A stretch of 32,000 nt of DNA. Origin: Geobacter metallireducens GS-15. Lineage in GTDB: Bacteria > Desulfobacterota > Desulfuromonadia > Geobacterales > Geobacteraceae. Location: assembly GCF_000012925.1 (NCBI RefSeq), contig NC_007517.1, positions 3,900,001 through 3,932,000 of the forward strand, in the 5' to 3' direction. Shown here one piece after another: positions 16,308 to 26,279 of this stretch (position 1 is the stretch's first letter; the number at the start of each line of letters is the position of its first letter). A model generated the notes under the pieces. That model was given only the letters and a program-made list of their open reading frames with translations, was not told where the DNA came from and did no database searches. A program made the translations under genes and the position numbers.

Positions 16308-17444
16308 CTAGAAATGCTCCCCCTTGGCCTTTTCCGTAACCTTTCTGCTGACGGTGCGACGATCCCAGACACTCACCTCCCAGTTGTCCGGCTGGTTTTC
16401 CGCGGCGATCCAGGGGGGAACTTTGACCCGAAAGTACGCTGCCAGGGCGTGGACGTAGGGCTCATACATCCAGCGCAGCTCGGTCAGCTTCCGGTCAACG
16501 GTATCCCTTTCACGGAGCTTCAGTCCCCTTTCCGCCAGAAGGGCGCGGAGATCCTCCAGCTTTTCGGGCGGAAGTCGTGGTGACGCGGGCTCCTGCGGCC
16601 TGGTCCTGAAGACCAGGGAGAGATCGACCACGGCGTGGCGGGCCATGGCGAAGGTGAGTTCCGCCTGGCGCTCGCAGGCCCCGTCCACGCCAGCCATGAG
16701 GAGGGCGCAGGTGTCCAGGATCGCCGTCAGGGCCCCCAGCCACGACTGGTTTTCGTGCTGGGAGCGGAAATAGGCAAGGACCGGGTAGGAGAGGTGCCCC
16801 TCCAGAAACTCCGACGACCAGTTCTCCCACTCGTGGAGGAGTTGCCGGAGCGCGTCCATCCCCCGTTCGTGGCCGTGGCGGCGAAGCATTTCGGAGGCGG
16901 TAGGAGGTGAACCGGCCCGGGCATCCAGGAGCGAGATGCTCACCTCGCGGCTGGCGAACGACTGGTTGAGGGCCGGCAGATAGCCGATCACGAGGGCGAG
17001 AAAGCCGAACCCCATCCCCGATTCGAGCACCACGAGAAAGCGCGCCGCCGTGCTCCGGGGGATGGCATCCCCCAGCCCGAGGGTGAAGAACGTGGTGCCG
17101 CTCAGGTAGAGGTCGACAAGGAGCCCGCTGCTCCCGTCATGGGTTACGATGGCCGAGCCAAGCCCCCAGTGGAGGAGGGCAAAGCCGACGATCAACCCGA
17201 AGGCCCAGATGCTGAGCAGGAGGATGAGCGACAGGGGGCCGAAAAAGCTCAGCCAGGTTTCCCGCCGCCGCGGCGGGACACAGGCGTTGACCATCGTTAC
17301 CCAGGGGAGCCAGGTGCGCCGGTAGAAAAAGCGGGTCATGCGGAACCGGCGGGTCACCCGGCGGGGGAGGACAATGGTCTCAAACCCCTCCCAGAGCACC
17401 ACCACGATCAGGGCAATGCCGCACATGACGGCAACGATAGTCAC
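16308..17444 (-). CDS. Potassium-channel-family (Ion_trans_2-like) membrane protein with a C-terminal domain of unknown function
   Basis: Pore-like signature [11 protein letters not shown] flanked by hydrophobic helices. GTG start at 17444 with GGAGGGG upstream, only 12 nt after the iorB-like stop. Confidence 0.7.
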   Translation of the reverse strand: MTIVAVMCGIALIVVVLWEGFETIVLPRRVTRRFRMTRFFYRRTWLPWVTMVNACVPPRRRETWLSFFGPLSLILLLSIWAFGLIVGFALLHWGLGSAIVTHDGSSGLLVDLYLSGTTFFTLGLGDAIPRSTAARFLVVLESGMGFGFLALVIGYLPALNQSFASREVSISLLDARAGSPPTASEMLRRHGHERGMDALRQLLHEWENWSSEFLEGHLSYPVLAYFRSQHENQSWLGALTAILDTCALLMAGVDGACERQAELTFAMARHAVVDLSLVFRTRPQEPASPRLPPEKLEDLRALLAERGLKLRERDTVDRKLTELRWMYEPYVHALAAYFRVKVPPWIAAENQPDNWEVSVWDRRTVSRKVTEKAKGEHF

Positions 17445-17456
17445 AGGCCCCTCCGG

Positions 17457-19697
17457 CTACACGAGCTTCGTGTTCTTGACCGGCAAGCGGCGGATGCGCC
17501 GGCCGGTGGCGGCGAAGAGCGCATTGCAGATCGCCGGCGCAATGGGGGGAACGCCCGGTTCACCCGCGCCGGTCGGCAGGGCGTCGGAGGGGACGATGTG
17601 CACGTGGACCTCCCGCGGGGCCTCGGCCATCCGCGCCACCGGGTAGTTGTCGAAGTTGGATTGGGTGATCCGGCCATGGGCTGCCGTGATCTCCCCCATG
17701 AGCGCAAGGCTCGCGCCGAATACGGCGGCCCCCTCGAACTGGGCCGTCACCCGCTCCGGATGGATCACCCGCCCGGCATCCAGGGCCATGTCGATCCGCG
17801 GGATGGTGATCCGCCCCTGGTCGTCCACCTGGAGATCAACCACCACCGCCACGTAGGTGAGGAAGCTCCGATGGGCGGCAAAACCGAGCGCACGCCCCTT
17901 TTCCGGTTTCCGCTTCGCCCACCCCGACTTCTCCGCCACCACTTCGATCACCCGCCGCAGCCGTCCCGTCTCCCAGGGGTATTGATCGGCCGGCTTGCCG
18001 TAATTGGCGTTCTTCGTCCCCTCGGCCGTGAAATCGATGGTCCGGGGCGGGCCGAGAAGGTCGAGGAAATACTCGATCCGGTCGCGCCCCGCGGCGGCGG
18101 CAAGCTCATCGGTGAACGACTGGACCGCGAAGGCGTGGTAGATATTGGCCACCGACCGCAACCAGCCGATCCGGACGTGGGGCTCTGCCGGTCCGTTTTC
18201 CGCGCGCAGGTTCGGGATGGCGAACGGCACGTCCACCCACCCCTGGGCCAGCTCCCCGTCACCGCCGTAGCGCACCGACGCGTCGAAGGTGGAGGGGATC
18301 GGCGGGAAGGCGCACCGCTGCAGCCATGCGGTCGGCTTTCCCCGGGCATCCGTCGCCGCCTTCAGGTACATGGCCGCCACGGCGTGGTAGTAGTCGTGGG
18401 CGATGTCGTCCTCCCGGGTCCAGGTGACCTGCACCGGCCTGCCGACGTTCTTGGACAGCAGCGCCGCCTCCACGACGTAATCGGGTTTCGATTTCCGGCC
18501 GAAGGCGCCCCCCAGAAGTGTCACGTGGCACGTCACGTCCTCCTTGCGGATCGTGAGCGCCTTGGCCACCGCATCCTGCACCGCCTGCGGGTTCTGGGTC
18601 GCGGCCCAGGCCGTCACCTTGCCGTTCTTGAACTCGGCCACCGCCGCCGGAGGCTCCATGGAGGCGTGGGCGAGGTGGGGAACATAGTACTCCGCCTCCA
18701 GCACCGTCCCCCCCTTGGCAAATTCCGCATCCACGTCCCCGACGGCCCTCACTGCCTTCTGGGGCTGCCGGACGGTTTCCAGGAGCGATTTCTCGAAGGC
18801 TGCCGAATCATAGCTGCCGTTCTCCCCTGCCTCCCAGGCGACCTTCAGTTTCTTGCGCCCCTCCATGGCCGCCCAGCTGCTCCCGGCGATCACCGCCACT
18901 CCCCCCAGCGCCTTGAACCCGTAGGGAGGGATGGGGGTCTCCAGCACCACCGTGCGCAGCACTCCCCTGACCTTGCGGACTTCCCGGTCATCATGGGATT
19001 TCAGTCTCCCACCGAGGACCGGCGGCCGCTCGATGGAGGCATAGGCCATCTTCGGCATCCGGGCGTCGATGCCGTAGACGGCCTTTCCCGTGCAGATGCC
19101 GGCCAGATCGACGATGGGCACCCCGTGGCCCACGTAGCGGAAGTCGGCCGGCGCCTTGAAGCGGAGCTCATCCGCGGCGGGGACCGGCTGGCGTGCGGCA
19201 AGGGCGGCCAGTTCGCCGAAGCCGAGGGTCTTGCCGCCGGTATGCACAACCTGGTGATTGCTGGCCCGGCATTCGGCAACCGGCACTCCCCACCGGGCAG
19301 CGGCGGCCCGCTCGAGCATGAGACGCGCCGTGGCCCCGGCCTGGCGCAGGGCGCCGTAGAAATCGCGGATCGACTTGGAACCGTCGGTGTTCTGGTCGCC
19401 GTACCGGGGGTCGCCGATGGCCTGCTCGACCCTGACCCGCCGCCAGTCGGCGTCCAGCTCGTCGGCTGCCACCATCGGCAGAGAGGTGCGGATGCCGGTC
19501 CCCATCTCCGAGCGATGGGCGACGATGATCACCGTGCCGTCCGGCTCGATCCCCAGGTAGACGCCGGGATGCCACGTCTGCGCCGCCAGGGCGTCGAGGG
19601 CTCCGCCGGGAAGAACACGGGCGCAGAGGATCAGGGCCCCCGCCGAAAACGTCGTCTTGAGAAATCCGCGGCGGCTCATGCGAACCACGGCGCTCAT
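17457..19697 (-). CDS. Molybdopterin-binding large subunit of an aldehyde oxidase/xanthine dehydrogenase-family hydroxylase (IorB-like), with Tat signal
   Basis: True start [24 protein letters not shown] (twin-arginine motif) at 19697, with GGAGGTG upstream. The ATGA overlaps the small-subunit stop. 746 aa. The 875-aa ORF in the track is an upstream read-through extension. Confidence 0.85.
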   Translation of the reverse strand: MSAVVRMSRRGFLKTTFSAGALILCARVLPGGALDALAAQTWHPGVYLGIEPDGTVIIVAHRSEMGTGIRTSLPMVAADELDADWRRVRVEQAIGDPRYGDQNTDGSKSIRDFYGALRQAGATARLMLERAAAARWGVPVAECRASNHQVVHTGGKTLGFGELAALAARQPVPAADELRFKAPADFRYVGHGVPIVDLAGICTGKAVYGIDARMPKMAYASIERPPVLGGRLKSHDDREVRKVRGVLRTVVLETPIPPYGFKALGGVAVIAGSSWAAMEGRKKLKVAWEAGENGSYDSAAFEKSLLETVRQPQKAVRAVGDVDAEFAKGGTVLEAEYYVPHLAHASMEPPAAVAEFKNGKVTAWAATQNPQAVQDAVAKALTIRKEDVTCHVTLLGGAFGRKSKPDYVVEAALLSKNVGRPVQVTWTREDDIAHDYYHAVAAMYLKAATDARGKPTAWLQRCAFPPIPSTFDASVRYGGDGELAQGWVDVPFAIPNLRAENGPAEPHVRIGWLRSVANIYHAFAVQSFTDELAAAAGRDRIEYFLDLLGPPRTIDFTAEGTKNANYGKPADQYPWETGRLRRVIEVVAEKSGWAKRKPEKGRALGFAAHRSFLTYVAVVVDLQVDDQGRITIPRIDMALDAGRVIHPERVTAQFEGAAVFGASLALMGEITAAHGRITQSNFDNYPVARMAEAPREVHVHIVPSDALPTGAGEPGVPPIAPAICNALFAATGRRIRRLPVKNTKLV

Positions 19698-20155
19698 GGC
19701 TTCACCTCCGCTGCCCGTTTGATCCCCTGGCGGATCCGCTCGTAGGTTCCGCAGCGGCAGATATTGCCTCCCATCGCCTCGTCGATCTCCTGATCGGTCG
19801 GATGGGGCTTTCCCTTGAGAAGAGCCGCGGCCTGCATAATCTGGCCGCTCTGGCAGTAGCCGCACTGGGGCACGTTCAGCTCCTGCCAGGCCTTTTGCAG
19901 CGGGTGGTCTCCCCGGGCGCTCAACCCCTCGATGGTGACGATCTTCTTCCCCGCCACGCTCTTCATGGTCGTTATGCAGCTGCGCGTCGCCTCCCCGTTG
20001 ATCTGCACCGTGCAAGCCCCGCAGAGCCCCTTGCCGCAGCCGTACTTGGTGCCGGTCAGGTGCAGTTCGTCCCGGAGATACCACAGAAGCGGCATCTCCG
20101 GTTCCCCTGCGAACGAGTGCGTAACGCCGTTGACCTTGAACGTGATCCTTTTCAT
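19694..20155 (-). CDS. (2Fe-2S)-binding small subunit of the Mo-hydroxylase (IorA-like)
   Basis: [10 protein letters not shown]..., two cluster motifs [11 protein letters not shown] and CGYCQSG...CRCGTY. RBS GGAGGAG upstream of the ATG at 20155. Confidence 0.88.
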   Translation of the reverse strand: MKRITFKVNGVTHSFAGEPEMPLLWYLRDELHLTGTKYGCGKGLCGACTVQINGEATRSCITTMKSVAGKKIVTIEGLSARGDHPLQKAWQELNVPQCGYCQSGQIMQAAALLKGKPHPTDQEIDEAMGGNICRCGTYERIRQGIKRAAEVKP

Positions 20156-20223
20156 GGACTCCTCCCCTGTTGCCGGCACCTCCGGTGGCACAATTCTCCT
20201 TAGCTCATGGCGACAAGTATTCT

Positions 20224-20796
20224 TCACGTTATGGCGGTTTTGATCCCTCGAGCGGAAACGCCGCTATCCTCTTCCCCCTGAGCCGGATAGGTTACCTGCC
20301 CCCCCTCGACCCTCGCCATAGGGGTCAGGAGGTGTTGTTTCACGCTGTTTATCCCCATGATGTCCTTCACCTCGATCCCCCGGACAACGAGCGCATCGCC
20401 GATGAGCGAGCGGTGGCAACGCCAGGGAACCGCCTCGGCGCACATGATGGCGGTCGGTCGTTTACTGGCCAGCACGATAAGCTTTTCCAGGGCCGCGGCA
20501 AACACCGGTGTCTGCATGTAGTCGGCAAAGCCGCGGAAGGAGGCGTTGCGCCACCCCATGTTCACCGAATCGGCCCGGGCATGCCGCAGCCCTCCCAGCT
20601 CCTTCATGTGCCGGTAGCCGATACGGCGGTTGCGGAGAAACGTCCCTAGGGTGTCGCGATTGAACTGTGGATTGTGCCGTGAGCGGGGTATCGTGCGCAC
20701 ATCCACAAGCTGCCTGATGCCGTGTGCCCGCAGCAGCACCACGAATTCCTCCAGGCTGCGCGTCGAATGCCCCACGGTGTAGATCGTGAGCTGCAT
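20224..20796 (-). CDS. DUF488 family protein
   Basis: [50 protein letters not shown]...LGGLR...[11 protein letters not shown] matches the family pattern as I recall it. Confidence 0.75.
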   Translation of the reverse strand: MQLTIYTVGHSTRSLEEFVVLLRAHGIRQLVDVRTIPRSRHNPQFNRDTLGTFLRNRRIGYRHMKELGGLRHARADSVNMGWRNASFRGFADYMQTPVFAAALEKLIVLASKRPTAIMCAEAVPWRCHRSLIGDALVVRGIEVKDIMGINSVKQHLLTPMARVEGGQVTYPAQGEEDSGVSARGIKTAIT

Positions 20797-20819
20797 GGGT
20801 GCCTGGTAGAGTTCGGCGC

Positions 20820-21041
20820 TCAGGCGAAGCTCTTCAGGTAATCGGGGTCGGTGCTCCAGCTGATGCACGATACCGGACAGGCATCGATGGCATCGCTCTG
20901 GATAACATCCTCAGCGGCGCCGTTTGGGTCGAAGCATTCCGCCTTGTTGTCGTCATCGAAGCGGAACACGTCGGGAATGTTGTCGACGCAGAGCCCGCAA
21001 CTGATGCATACGTCCTTGTCCACCAATGGTGCTTTTGTCAT
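20820..21041 (-). CDS. Small single-cluster ferredoxin
   Basis: 73 aa with CISCGLC...(distal)...CP motif, acidic composition. Confidence 0.8.
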   Translation of the reverse strand: MTKAPLVDKDVCISCGLCVDNIPDVFRFDDDNKAECFDPNGAAEDVIQSDAIDACPVSCISWSTDPDYLKSFA

Positions 21042-21107
21042 AGCTGTTTCCTCCTCGTGGGGTTACTGAACACACTGACGTTGGATATGCGCGAACCTCT
21101 TCCTCCT

Positions 21108-23378
21108 TCACGACCGTTTCCTCACCATCCGGTAGGTGAGCCCCGTGGCGGCCAGGAGGGGAAAAGCGCCCGCGACGATGAAAACGAGGTCTCCCGGCAT
21201 CCGGAGCCACTCGATGAGGCGGGGGATCGTCCCGTTGAGGAACCCGGGTCCCCGGGCGTGCCAGTAGCCGTGGTCCAGGACGTCGAAAAGCTGGAGCACC
21301 CCGCCGGGGAAGAGATTGGTCACCACCATGAGGGCCAGGCCGATGTTCAGCCCCCAGAAGGAGAACCGGACGAATTTCTCCGGTCCGGCCCACTGCTCGT
21401 CGGTCAGCACCTGGCGCAGGGCAAAGACCGTAAGCGCCACTGCAAGCATGCCGAAGACCCCCATCATGGCGGCGTGGCCGTGGTTCGGGGTGAGCATGGT
21501 CCCCACCTCGAAGTAGCTGACGATGGGAAGGTTGATGAGGAAACCGAACACGCCAGCGCCGACGAAGTTCCAGAAGCCGACGGCGATCAGGAAGTAAAAC
21601 GTCCACTTGTGGGGGATAGAGACCGGTTTGTTGCAGACGTCGCACTTTCCCCGGGTGAGCTTGACGAAGTCCCACGCATCGAGGGTAAGGAGGGTGAGGG
21701 GGACCACCTCCAGGGCCGAGAACATGGCGGCAAGAGCCATGGTGACGGCGGACTGCCCGGTCCAGTACCAGTGGTGCCCGGTGCCGACGATGCCGCTTCC
21801 CAGGTAGAGGAGCGCATCCAGGTAGACCACCCGCGCCGCTGTCAGGTGGGAGACCATGCCGAGGTTGTAGAAGATGACCGCCACCATGGCGGTCACGAAG
21901 ACCTCGAAGAATCCCTCGACCCAAAGATGGATGATCCAGAACCGCCAGGTGTCCACCACGGAGAAATGGGTGGTGCCGGTGAAGAACATGGCGGGGAGGT
22001 AGAAAAGCGGTATGGCCAGGGCGCCGTACAGGAAGAGGGAGGCGATCTCGCGGCGCTCCGGGTCCTGCCTGGCCGGGGCGAGCGCCCGGAACAGGAGGAA
22101 TCCCCAGACCACAAGCCCCACCGCCAGGAGGATCTGCCAGGCGCGCCCCAGGTCGAGGTATTCCCACCCCTGGTGGCCGAACCAGAACCAGAGTGAGCCG
22201 AGCATCTGCCGGACGCCGAGCATCTCGCCCGCGAGGCTCCCCACCACGACAACGACCAGGGCGCCGAAGAGGAAATTGATCCCCCCCACCTGCCCCTTGG
22301 GCTCCTTGCCGAGGGAGGGGGCCAGAAGGAGCCCCCCCGCCACATAGGCGGTGGCAACCCAGAAGATCGCCAACTGGAGGTGCCAGGTGCGGAGGATGTG
22401 GCTGGGAAGGAGGGAGGAGATGTCGATCCCGTAGAAACTCTCCGGGTCGACCCGGTAGTGGACCGTTGCCCCTCCCACCAGGGTCTGGGCGAGGAAGAGG
22501 AGCGCCACGACGACGAAGTACTTGATCGTGGCCCGCTGGCTGTCGGTGGTGGCGCCGGGGAGCATCTGGGGATGGATATGCTCCCCCCTCCCCCGCCAGC
22601 CGAGAAAATCGAACTTGCCGAAGGCGAACAGGACGGCCGCGGTGCCGCCCAGGAGCATGATCAGGCTGAGGGCGCTCCAGAGGAAGGCATCGCTGGTGGG
22701 TCGGTTGCCGACCGCCGGGTCATAGGGGAAGTTGTTTGTATAGGAATACGGCTTGCCGGGACGGTTGGCGACCGACGCCCACGCGGTCCAGGCGAAAAAG
22801 GAGGTGAGCTGCTCCAGTTCCCGCGGGTCGCTGATGTAGGCGCCGGGGAGTCCTCCATCGTTTGTGGGGTGGGAGAAATAGTCCCGCCATTTCCGAATCT
22901 GCTGCCGGTACGAAGCCGCTTCGGGCTCCAGGAAGGTGAGGGTCCGGGTCCGGAAATCATAGCGGTTCTCCTTCAGAAGGGTCCCCACCGCGCCGGCAAC
23001 GGTTTCCCGCTCCGCGGCATTCAGCCCTCCGGCATCCCGGCCATGGCGCTGCCGGGCGAGGGACTGGGCAGTATCGCCCGCCAGCGTGTGGAGGTATTCC
23101 GCCGAAAAATCGGGCCCCAGGTAGGCGCCGTGCCCCCAGATGGTCCCGTTCTCCATGAGGCCGTACCGGAGGAACACCTGCTGTCCCGCAAGGATGTCGT
23201 CCCCGGTGAAGATGGTTGTGCCGTCCCCGCTCACCACCCTGTCGGGGATCGGCGGCGCATCCCGGTAGCTCCGGACGGCAATCCAGATCAACACCGTGAA
23301 CCCGAGCACGAGGACCAGGATGACGGAATTCCGCCACCAGGGCGAAAGGGTTTCGACCGGCGTGATTCGTTCGGCCAT
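21108..23378 (-). CDS. norZ: Quinol-dependent nitric oxide reductase large subunit (qNOR, NorZ/NorB-type heme-copper oxidase)
   Basis: 756 aa from MAERITPVETLSPWW, with GGAGGG upstream. It has the N-terminal extension with one TM helix plus a periplasmic domain that is typical of qNOR. Heme-copper motifs seen: IIHLWVEGFFEVF, GTGHHWYW, LTPNHGHAAMMGVFG. Confidence 0.88.
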   Translation of the reverse strand: MAERITPVETLSPWWRNSVILVLVLGFTVLIWIAVRSYRDAPPIPDRVVSGDGTTIFTGDDILAGQQVFLRYGLMENGTIWGHGAYLGPDFSAEYLHTLAGDTAQSLARQRHGRDAGGLNAAERETVAGAVGTLLKENRYDFRTRTLTFLEPEAASYRQQIRKWRDYFSHPTNDGGLPGAYISDPRELEQLTSFFAWTAWASVANRPGKPYSYTNNFPYDPAVGNRPTSDAFLWSALSLIMLLGGTAAVLFAFGKFDFLGWRGRGEHIHPQMLPGATTDSQRATIKYFVVVALLFLAQTLVGGATVHYRVDPESFYGIDISSLLPSHILRTWHLQLAIFWVATAYVAGGLLLAPSLGKEPKGQVGGINFLFGALVVVVVGSLAGEMLGVRQMLGSLWFWFGHQGWEYLDLGRAWQILLAVGLVVWGFLLFRALAPARQDPERREIASLFLYGALAIPLFYLPAMFFTGTTHFSVVDTWRFWIIHLWVEGFFEVFVTAMVAVIFYNLGMVSHLTAARVVYLDALLYLGSGIVGTGHHWYWTGQSAVTMALAAMFSALEVVPLTLLTLDAWDFVKLTRGKCDVCNKPVSIPHKWTFYFLIAVGFWNFVGAGVFGFLINLPIVSYFEVGTMLTPNHGHAAMMGVFGMLAVALTVFALRQVLTDEQWAGPEKFVRFSFWGLNIGLALMVVTNLFPGGVLQLFDVLDHGYWHARGPGFLNGTIPRLIEWLRMPGDLVFIVAGAFPLLAATGLTYRMVRKRS

Positions 23379-23416
23379 GTGCGTCCCTCCTTCCCCGCTT
23401 CCATCCTTGGACATTG

Positions 23417-23450
23417 GGACGTATCGTCCATCACAACCATCTGATATCAG
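23417..23450. promoter_or_regulatory. Two palindromes in the norZ / ric divergent intergenic region (candidate operators)
   Basis: GGACG-TAT-CGTCC at 23417-23429 and the perfect 10-bp CTGATATCAG at 23441-23450. They lie 40-70 bp upstream of the norZ start. Confidence 0.3.
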
Positions 23451-23606
23451 GCGGGCGCACAGTCAACAGTACAACCTTTTCCGGGAAATACAAATCCGGG
23501 CTCCCCTGCCTGCTTCCGCCGGGAAGAACAAGCAGGTGAAGGTGGCTTGACCTCGCAGGGGAATGCGATAACGTAGGTGTGTGCAGCAACTATCCAAGGG
23601 GGGACG

Positions 23607-24356
23607 ATGATGGAAGACACAAAGACGCAGCAGGAAGATGCAGGCGCCGTCAGGACCATCGGTGGGTTCGTGGCCGAGGATTACCGGACGGCGGAGGTGT
23701 TCGAGCGGCACGGGATCGACTTCTGCTGCGGCGGAAATGTTCCCCTTGATACTGCCTGCCGACAGAAAGGGATCGACCCGGCCGTTATCCTGGACGAGAT
23801 CGAAGCAGCGAAGAGGGAACCGATGGAGCGGAGCCAGAACTTTGCGGTGTGGGAACTCTCGTTCCTGGCCGACTACATCGTTGCCGTCCACCATGCCTAC
23901 ATCAAGGACAATGCCGGGCAGATCGTCTTGTACGCCCGCAAGGTTGCCGAGGTCCATGGCGGCCGCCATGCCGAAGTGAAGGAGATCGCCGCGATCTTCG
24001 AGAAGGTCGCCGCCGATCTGGCAACCCATCTGCGCGAGGAGGAGGAAATCTTCTTTCCGGCCGTCAAGCGGGCCGATGCGGCGAAAAAAGCGGGGAAGAG
24101 GCCGGAACGGCAGGATATCGACGCCATCCGGGGGGATCTGGCAAGGCTCCGCCGGGAGCACGAAGAGGTGGGGGATGCGATTCACACCATCCGCCGCCTT
24201 GCCGGGGATTTCGCGATCCCCGACGACGCCTGCAACACCTACGCGGTCACCTACCGGAAACTGAAGGAGTTCGAGGACGACCTCCACAAGCACGTGCACC
24301 TAGAAAACAACATCCTTTTTCTGAACGCGGAAAGGGATCTGGGGGACTATGACTGA
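23607..24356 (+). CDS. ytfE: Iron-sulfur cluster repair di-iron protein (RIC; YtfE/ScdA family)
   Basis: ScdA_N motif ...FERHGIDFCCGGNVPL..., followed by hemerythrin-like His/Glu ligand patterns (VAVHHAYIKDN, THLREEEEIFFP, REHEEVG, LHKHVHLENNILF). Confidence 0.88.
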   Translation: MMEDTKTQQEDAGAVRTIGGFVAEDYRTAEVFERHGIDFCCGGNVPLDTACRQKGIDPAVILDEIEAAKREPMERSQNFAVWELSFLADYIVAVHHAYIKDNAGQIVLYARKVAEVHGGRHAEVKEIAAIFEKVAADLATHLREEEEIFFPAVKRADAAKKAGKRPERQDIDAIRGDLARLRREHEEVGDAIHTIRRLAGDFAIPDDACNTYAVTYRKLKEFEDDLHKHVHLENNILFLNAERDLGDYD

Positions 24357-25137
24357 GAAAAAGCGCGGCAAGGGCGGCTTACGGGTAGATCCGTTCGAGC
24401 TGAAACTGGCACGGGAGGTGGAGCGGCTCCTGTTCCCGAAGAGTTCGCCGGTCTGCACCTGGAACTGTATCGGCGTGAAGAATCGCACGGCCGGGGTGCT
24501 GGGCGGAGACTATTTTGACTCCATCACCCTGCCGGACGGCCGATTGGCCCTCATTGTCGGCGATGTCACCGGCCACGGTCTCCACGCATCCGTCGTGATG
24601 TCGATGCTCTACGGATTCATCCACCATGCGGCATTCGACCAGATCGAACCGAAGGGACTGGCCGCGCAGGTAAATGCCTTTCTCTCCCATTTTGCCGAGC
24701 GGTCCCGAACGTTCGACCTCTATTTTTCAACCACCCTCTTCATGGGGATCATCGACCCGACAACCCTGAAACTGGAGTACATCAACGCCGGGCATGTCCC
24801 TCCCCTTATCCGCCGCGCCGACGGCATCATCGAGCTTCCCCCGACCACCAACCCCCTCGGGTATTTCAAGGCCCTCGACATTCCGTCCGCGTCGGTCCGC
24901 CTGGAACAGGGCGACCGCCTGCTCCTCTATACCGACGGGATCATCGAAGCCGTCAATCCCGCCGGGGACCGGTTCGGCCTGGAGCGCCTGAAGGAGACGC
25001 TGGCGGGCAACTCCCCTGACCACATGGAGTTTCTCGACCGCGTCTTCGCGGGCCTTCGCTCGTTCGGCGCCGCCGACCCTCCGGAAGATGACTGCACCCT
25101 CCTGGTCGTGGATATCCACGGTCAGGTGCCGCCCTGA
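24349..25137 (+). CDS. PP2C-family (SpoIIE-type) serine/threonine phosphatase, catalytic domain only
   Basis: GGDYFD, VGDVTGHGLHASVVM, YINAGHVPP and LLLYTDGIIEA. Its ATG at 24349 overlaps the end of the RIC gene by 8 nt (ATGACTGA). Confidence 0.82.
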   Translation: MTEKKRGKGGLRVDPFELKLAREVERLLFPKSSPVCTWNCIGVKNRTAGVLGGDYFDSITLPDGRLALIVGDVTGHGLHASVVMSMLYGFIHHAAFDQIEPKGLAAQVNAFLSHFAERSRTFDLYFSTTLFMGIIDPTTLKLEYINAGHVPPLIRRADGIIELPPTTNPLGYFKALDIPSASVRLEQGDRLLLYTDGIIEAVNPAGDRFGLERLKETLAGNSPDHMEFLDRVFAGLRSFGAADPPEDDCTLLVVDIHGQVPP

Positions 25138-25194
25138 CATCTGTAAAAATTTCAGACTCTCCTGGTGCCGGTCCTGTCCTTTGCGGAACGTGAT

Positions 25195-25246
25195 GGCCCC
25201 ACAAGAAAAGTCCCCGCTGTTGAGCGAGGACTTTTCTTGTGGGGCC
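25195..25246. terminator. Bidirectional hairpin terminator between convergent genes
   Basis: Perfect 19-bp stem GGCCCCACAAGAAAAGTCC (25195-25213) / GGACTTTTCTTGTGGGGCC (25228-25246). Confidence 0.75.
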
Positions 25247-25283
25247 TACGCCCTGAATCGGGTTTATCGTGCGGAACGTACGC

Positions 25284-26117
25284 TTAAAAGAGGTAATAGA
25301 GGGAGAGGCCGCCACGGAATCCGTCAGCCGGCCCCAAGCGGAGTTCTGCAGCCTTGTCGGTGGCATCGGTGGCGACCGTGTAGGCCACGGAAGGAATCAG
25401 ATAGAAGTTGTGCGCCACCTGAAGGTAACTCGACACTTCGAAGACGAAATCCTCGTTGGCACCCATGTCAGCTGTCGAGGTGTTGAAGTTGGCATCGATC
25501 TTCGCGTCGAGCGTGACCGTATGGTTAAGCTCCTTCTCGAGGCCGAGGGAAAGGGTATGGGTGTCCTGCATGTCGTGATTCCTGATGGTCGCGCGGTAGA
25601 CGGCATAGGGGAGGTAATGGTGGCCAAGGTTTGCGCTTGCCGCGATAAAGGGACTCACGTCCGTCGTGCCTGTCCCTGCGTCCTTCTTCCGGGCGGTATC
25701 GAATTTCAGGCCGAGGCCGGTGACAACGGTGAACGGTTCTTCTTCTCCCCCAAGCAACCGATACTTGGCTTCGAGTGCAACGTCGCCGAAGCCGTCACGC
25801 TTTTCAAATTCAGCCTCGACCGCGCTCAGTTCCGTCTTTGCCCGCTCGTTAAAAACGAACGGAATCGAGGCGGTTATCTCCAGGCCATGCCCGAGACCGG
25901 CACCGAGGGAGTAAACGGACTCGAGGATGTTGGTCGTCCGTGTCCCCGAACCATCGATGGGGCTGCTGACATCCCCTCTGGTGTGGGAGTACTCGAAGCG
26001 GGCCTGGGCCTCCATCTGCTTCTGCTCCAGAACGTCAGTGATCAGCAGTTTGTGCTCCGCATGCGCCGCTGTCGCCGACAGCAACATCCCTACCACTGCA
26101 ACAACCGTCTTCTTCAC
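25284..26117 (-). CDS. Outer-membrane beta-barrel protein (possibly MetA-pathway/transporter-like OMP family)
   Basis: Probable GTG start at 26117, giving the signal peptide VKKTVVAVVGMLLSATAAHA with GGAG 7 nt upstream (the ORF maximum is 26165). It has an alternating amphipathic strand pattern and a C-terminal ...GGLSLYYLF beta-signal ending in Phe. Confidence 0.7.
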   Translation of the reverse strand: MKKTVVAVVGMLLSATAAHAEHKLLITDVLEQKQMEAQARFEYSHTRGDVSSPIDGSGTRTTNILESVYSLGAGLGHGLEITASIPFVFNERAKTELSAVEAEFEKRDGFGDVALEAKYRLLGGEEEPFTVVTGLGLKFDTARKKDAGTGTTDVSPFIAASANLGHHYLPYAVYRATIRNHDMQDTHTLSLGLEKELNHTVTLDAKIDANFNTSTADMGANEDFVFEVSSYLQVAHNFYLIPSVAYTVATDATDKAAELRLGPADGFRGGLSLYYLF

Positions 26118-26279
26118 GACACTTCTCCTTCCGATGAAATGAAATAATCCGCCAACCTCTGGCATGACGCTTTAATGAAGAGGCAAAACCACAACACTCA
26201 ATACACCAATTTTCACCGTTGTGACAACCTTATTAGCGAATATCCGATGCCTGTGACATTGCCAGGAGGTTGAACAACG

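Noticed and set aside
17139-19745. 868-aa plus-strand ORF opposite the IorB-like gene; similar cases at 20799-22196 and 22380-23444 (opposite qNOR), 11218-12351 (opposite the CoADR gene), 23463-24299 (opposite ric) and 27283-28032 / 28062-28805 (opposite the ATPase)
   Set aside because: Same reasoning as above. Composition is Arg/Gly/Pro/His-rich, there is no RBS context, and the opposite strand encodes proteins with clear catalytic motifs.
19698-20084. N-terminal 129-aa extension of the 875-aa ORF 17457-20084
   Set aside because: The extension runs through the IorA-like gene in another frame and is Arg/Gly-rich. The internal ATG at 19697 has a GGAGGTG RBS, a twin-arginine signal directly after it, and an ATGA overlap with the iorA stop.
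23543-23557. Sigma-54-like sequence TGGCTTGACCTCGCA upstream of the ric gene
   Set aside because: The GG to GC spacing is one nucleotide short of the canonical -24/-12 spacing, and the -12 region is CGCA rather than TTGC. I do not consider it supported.
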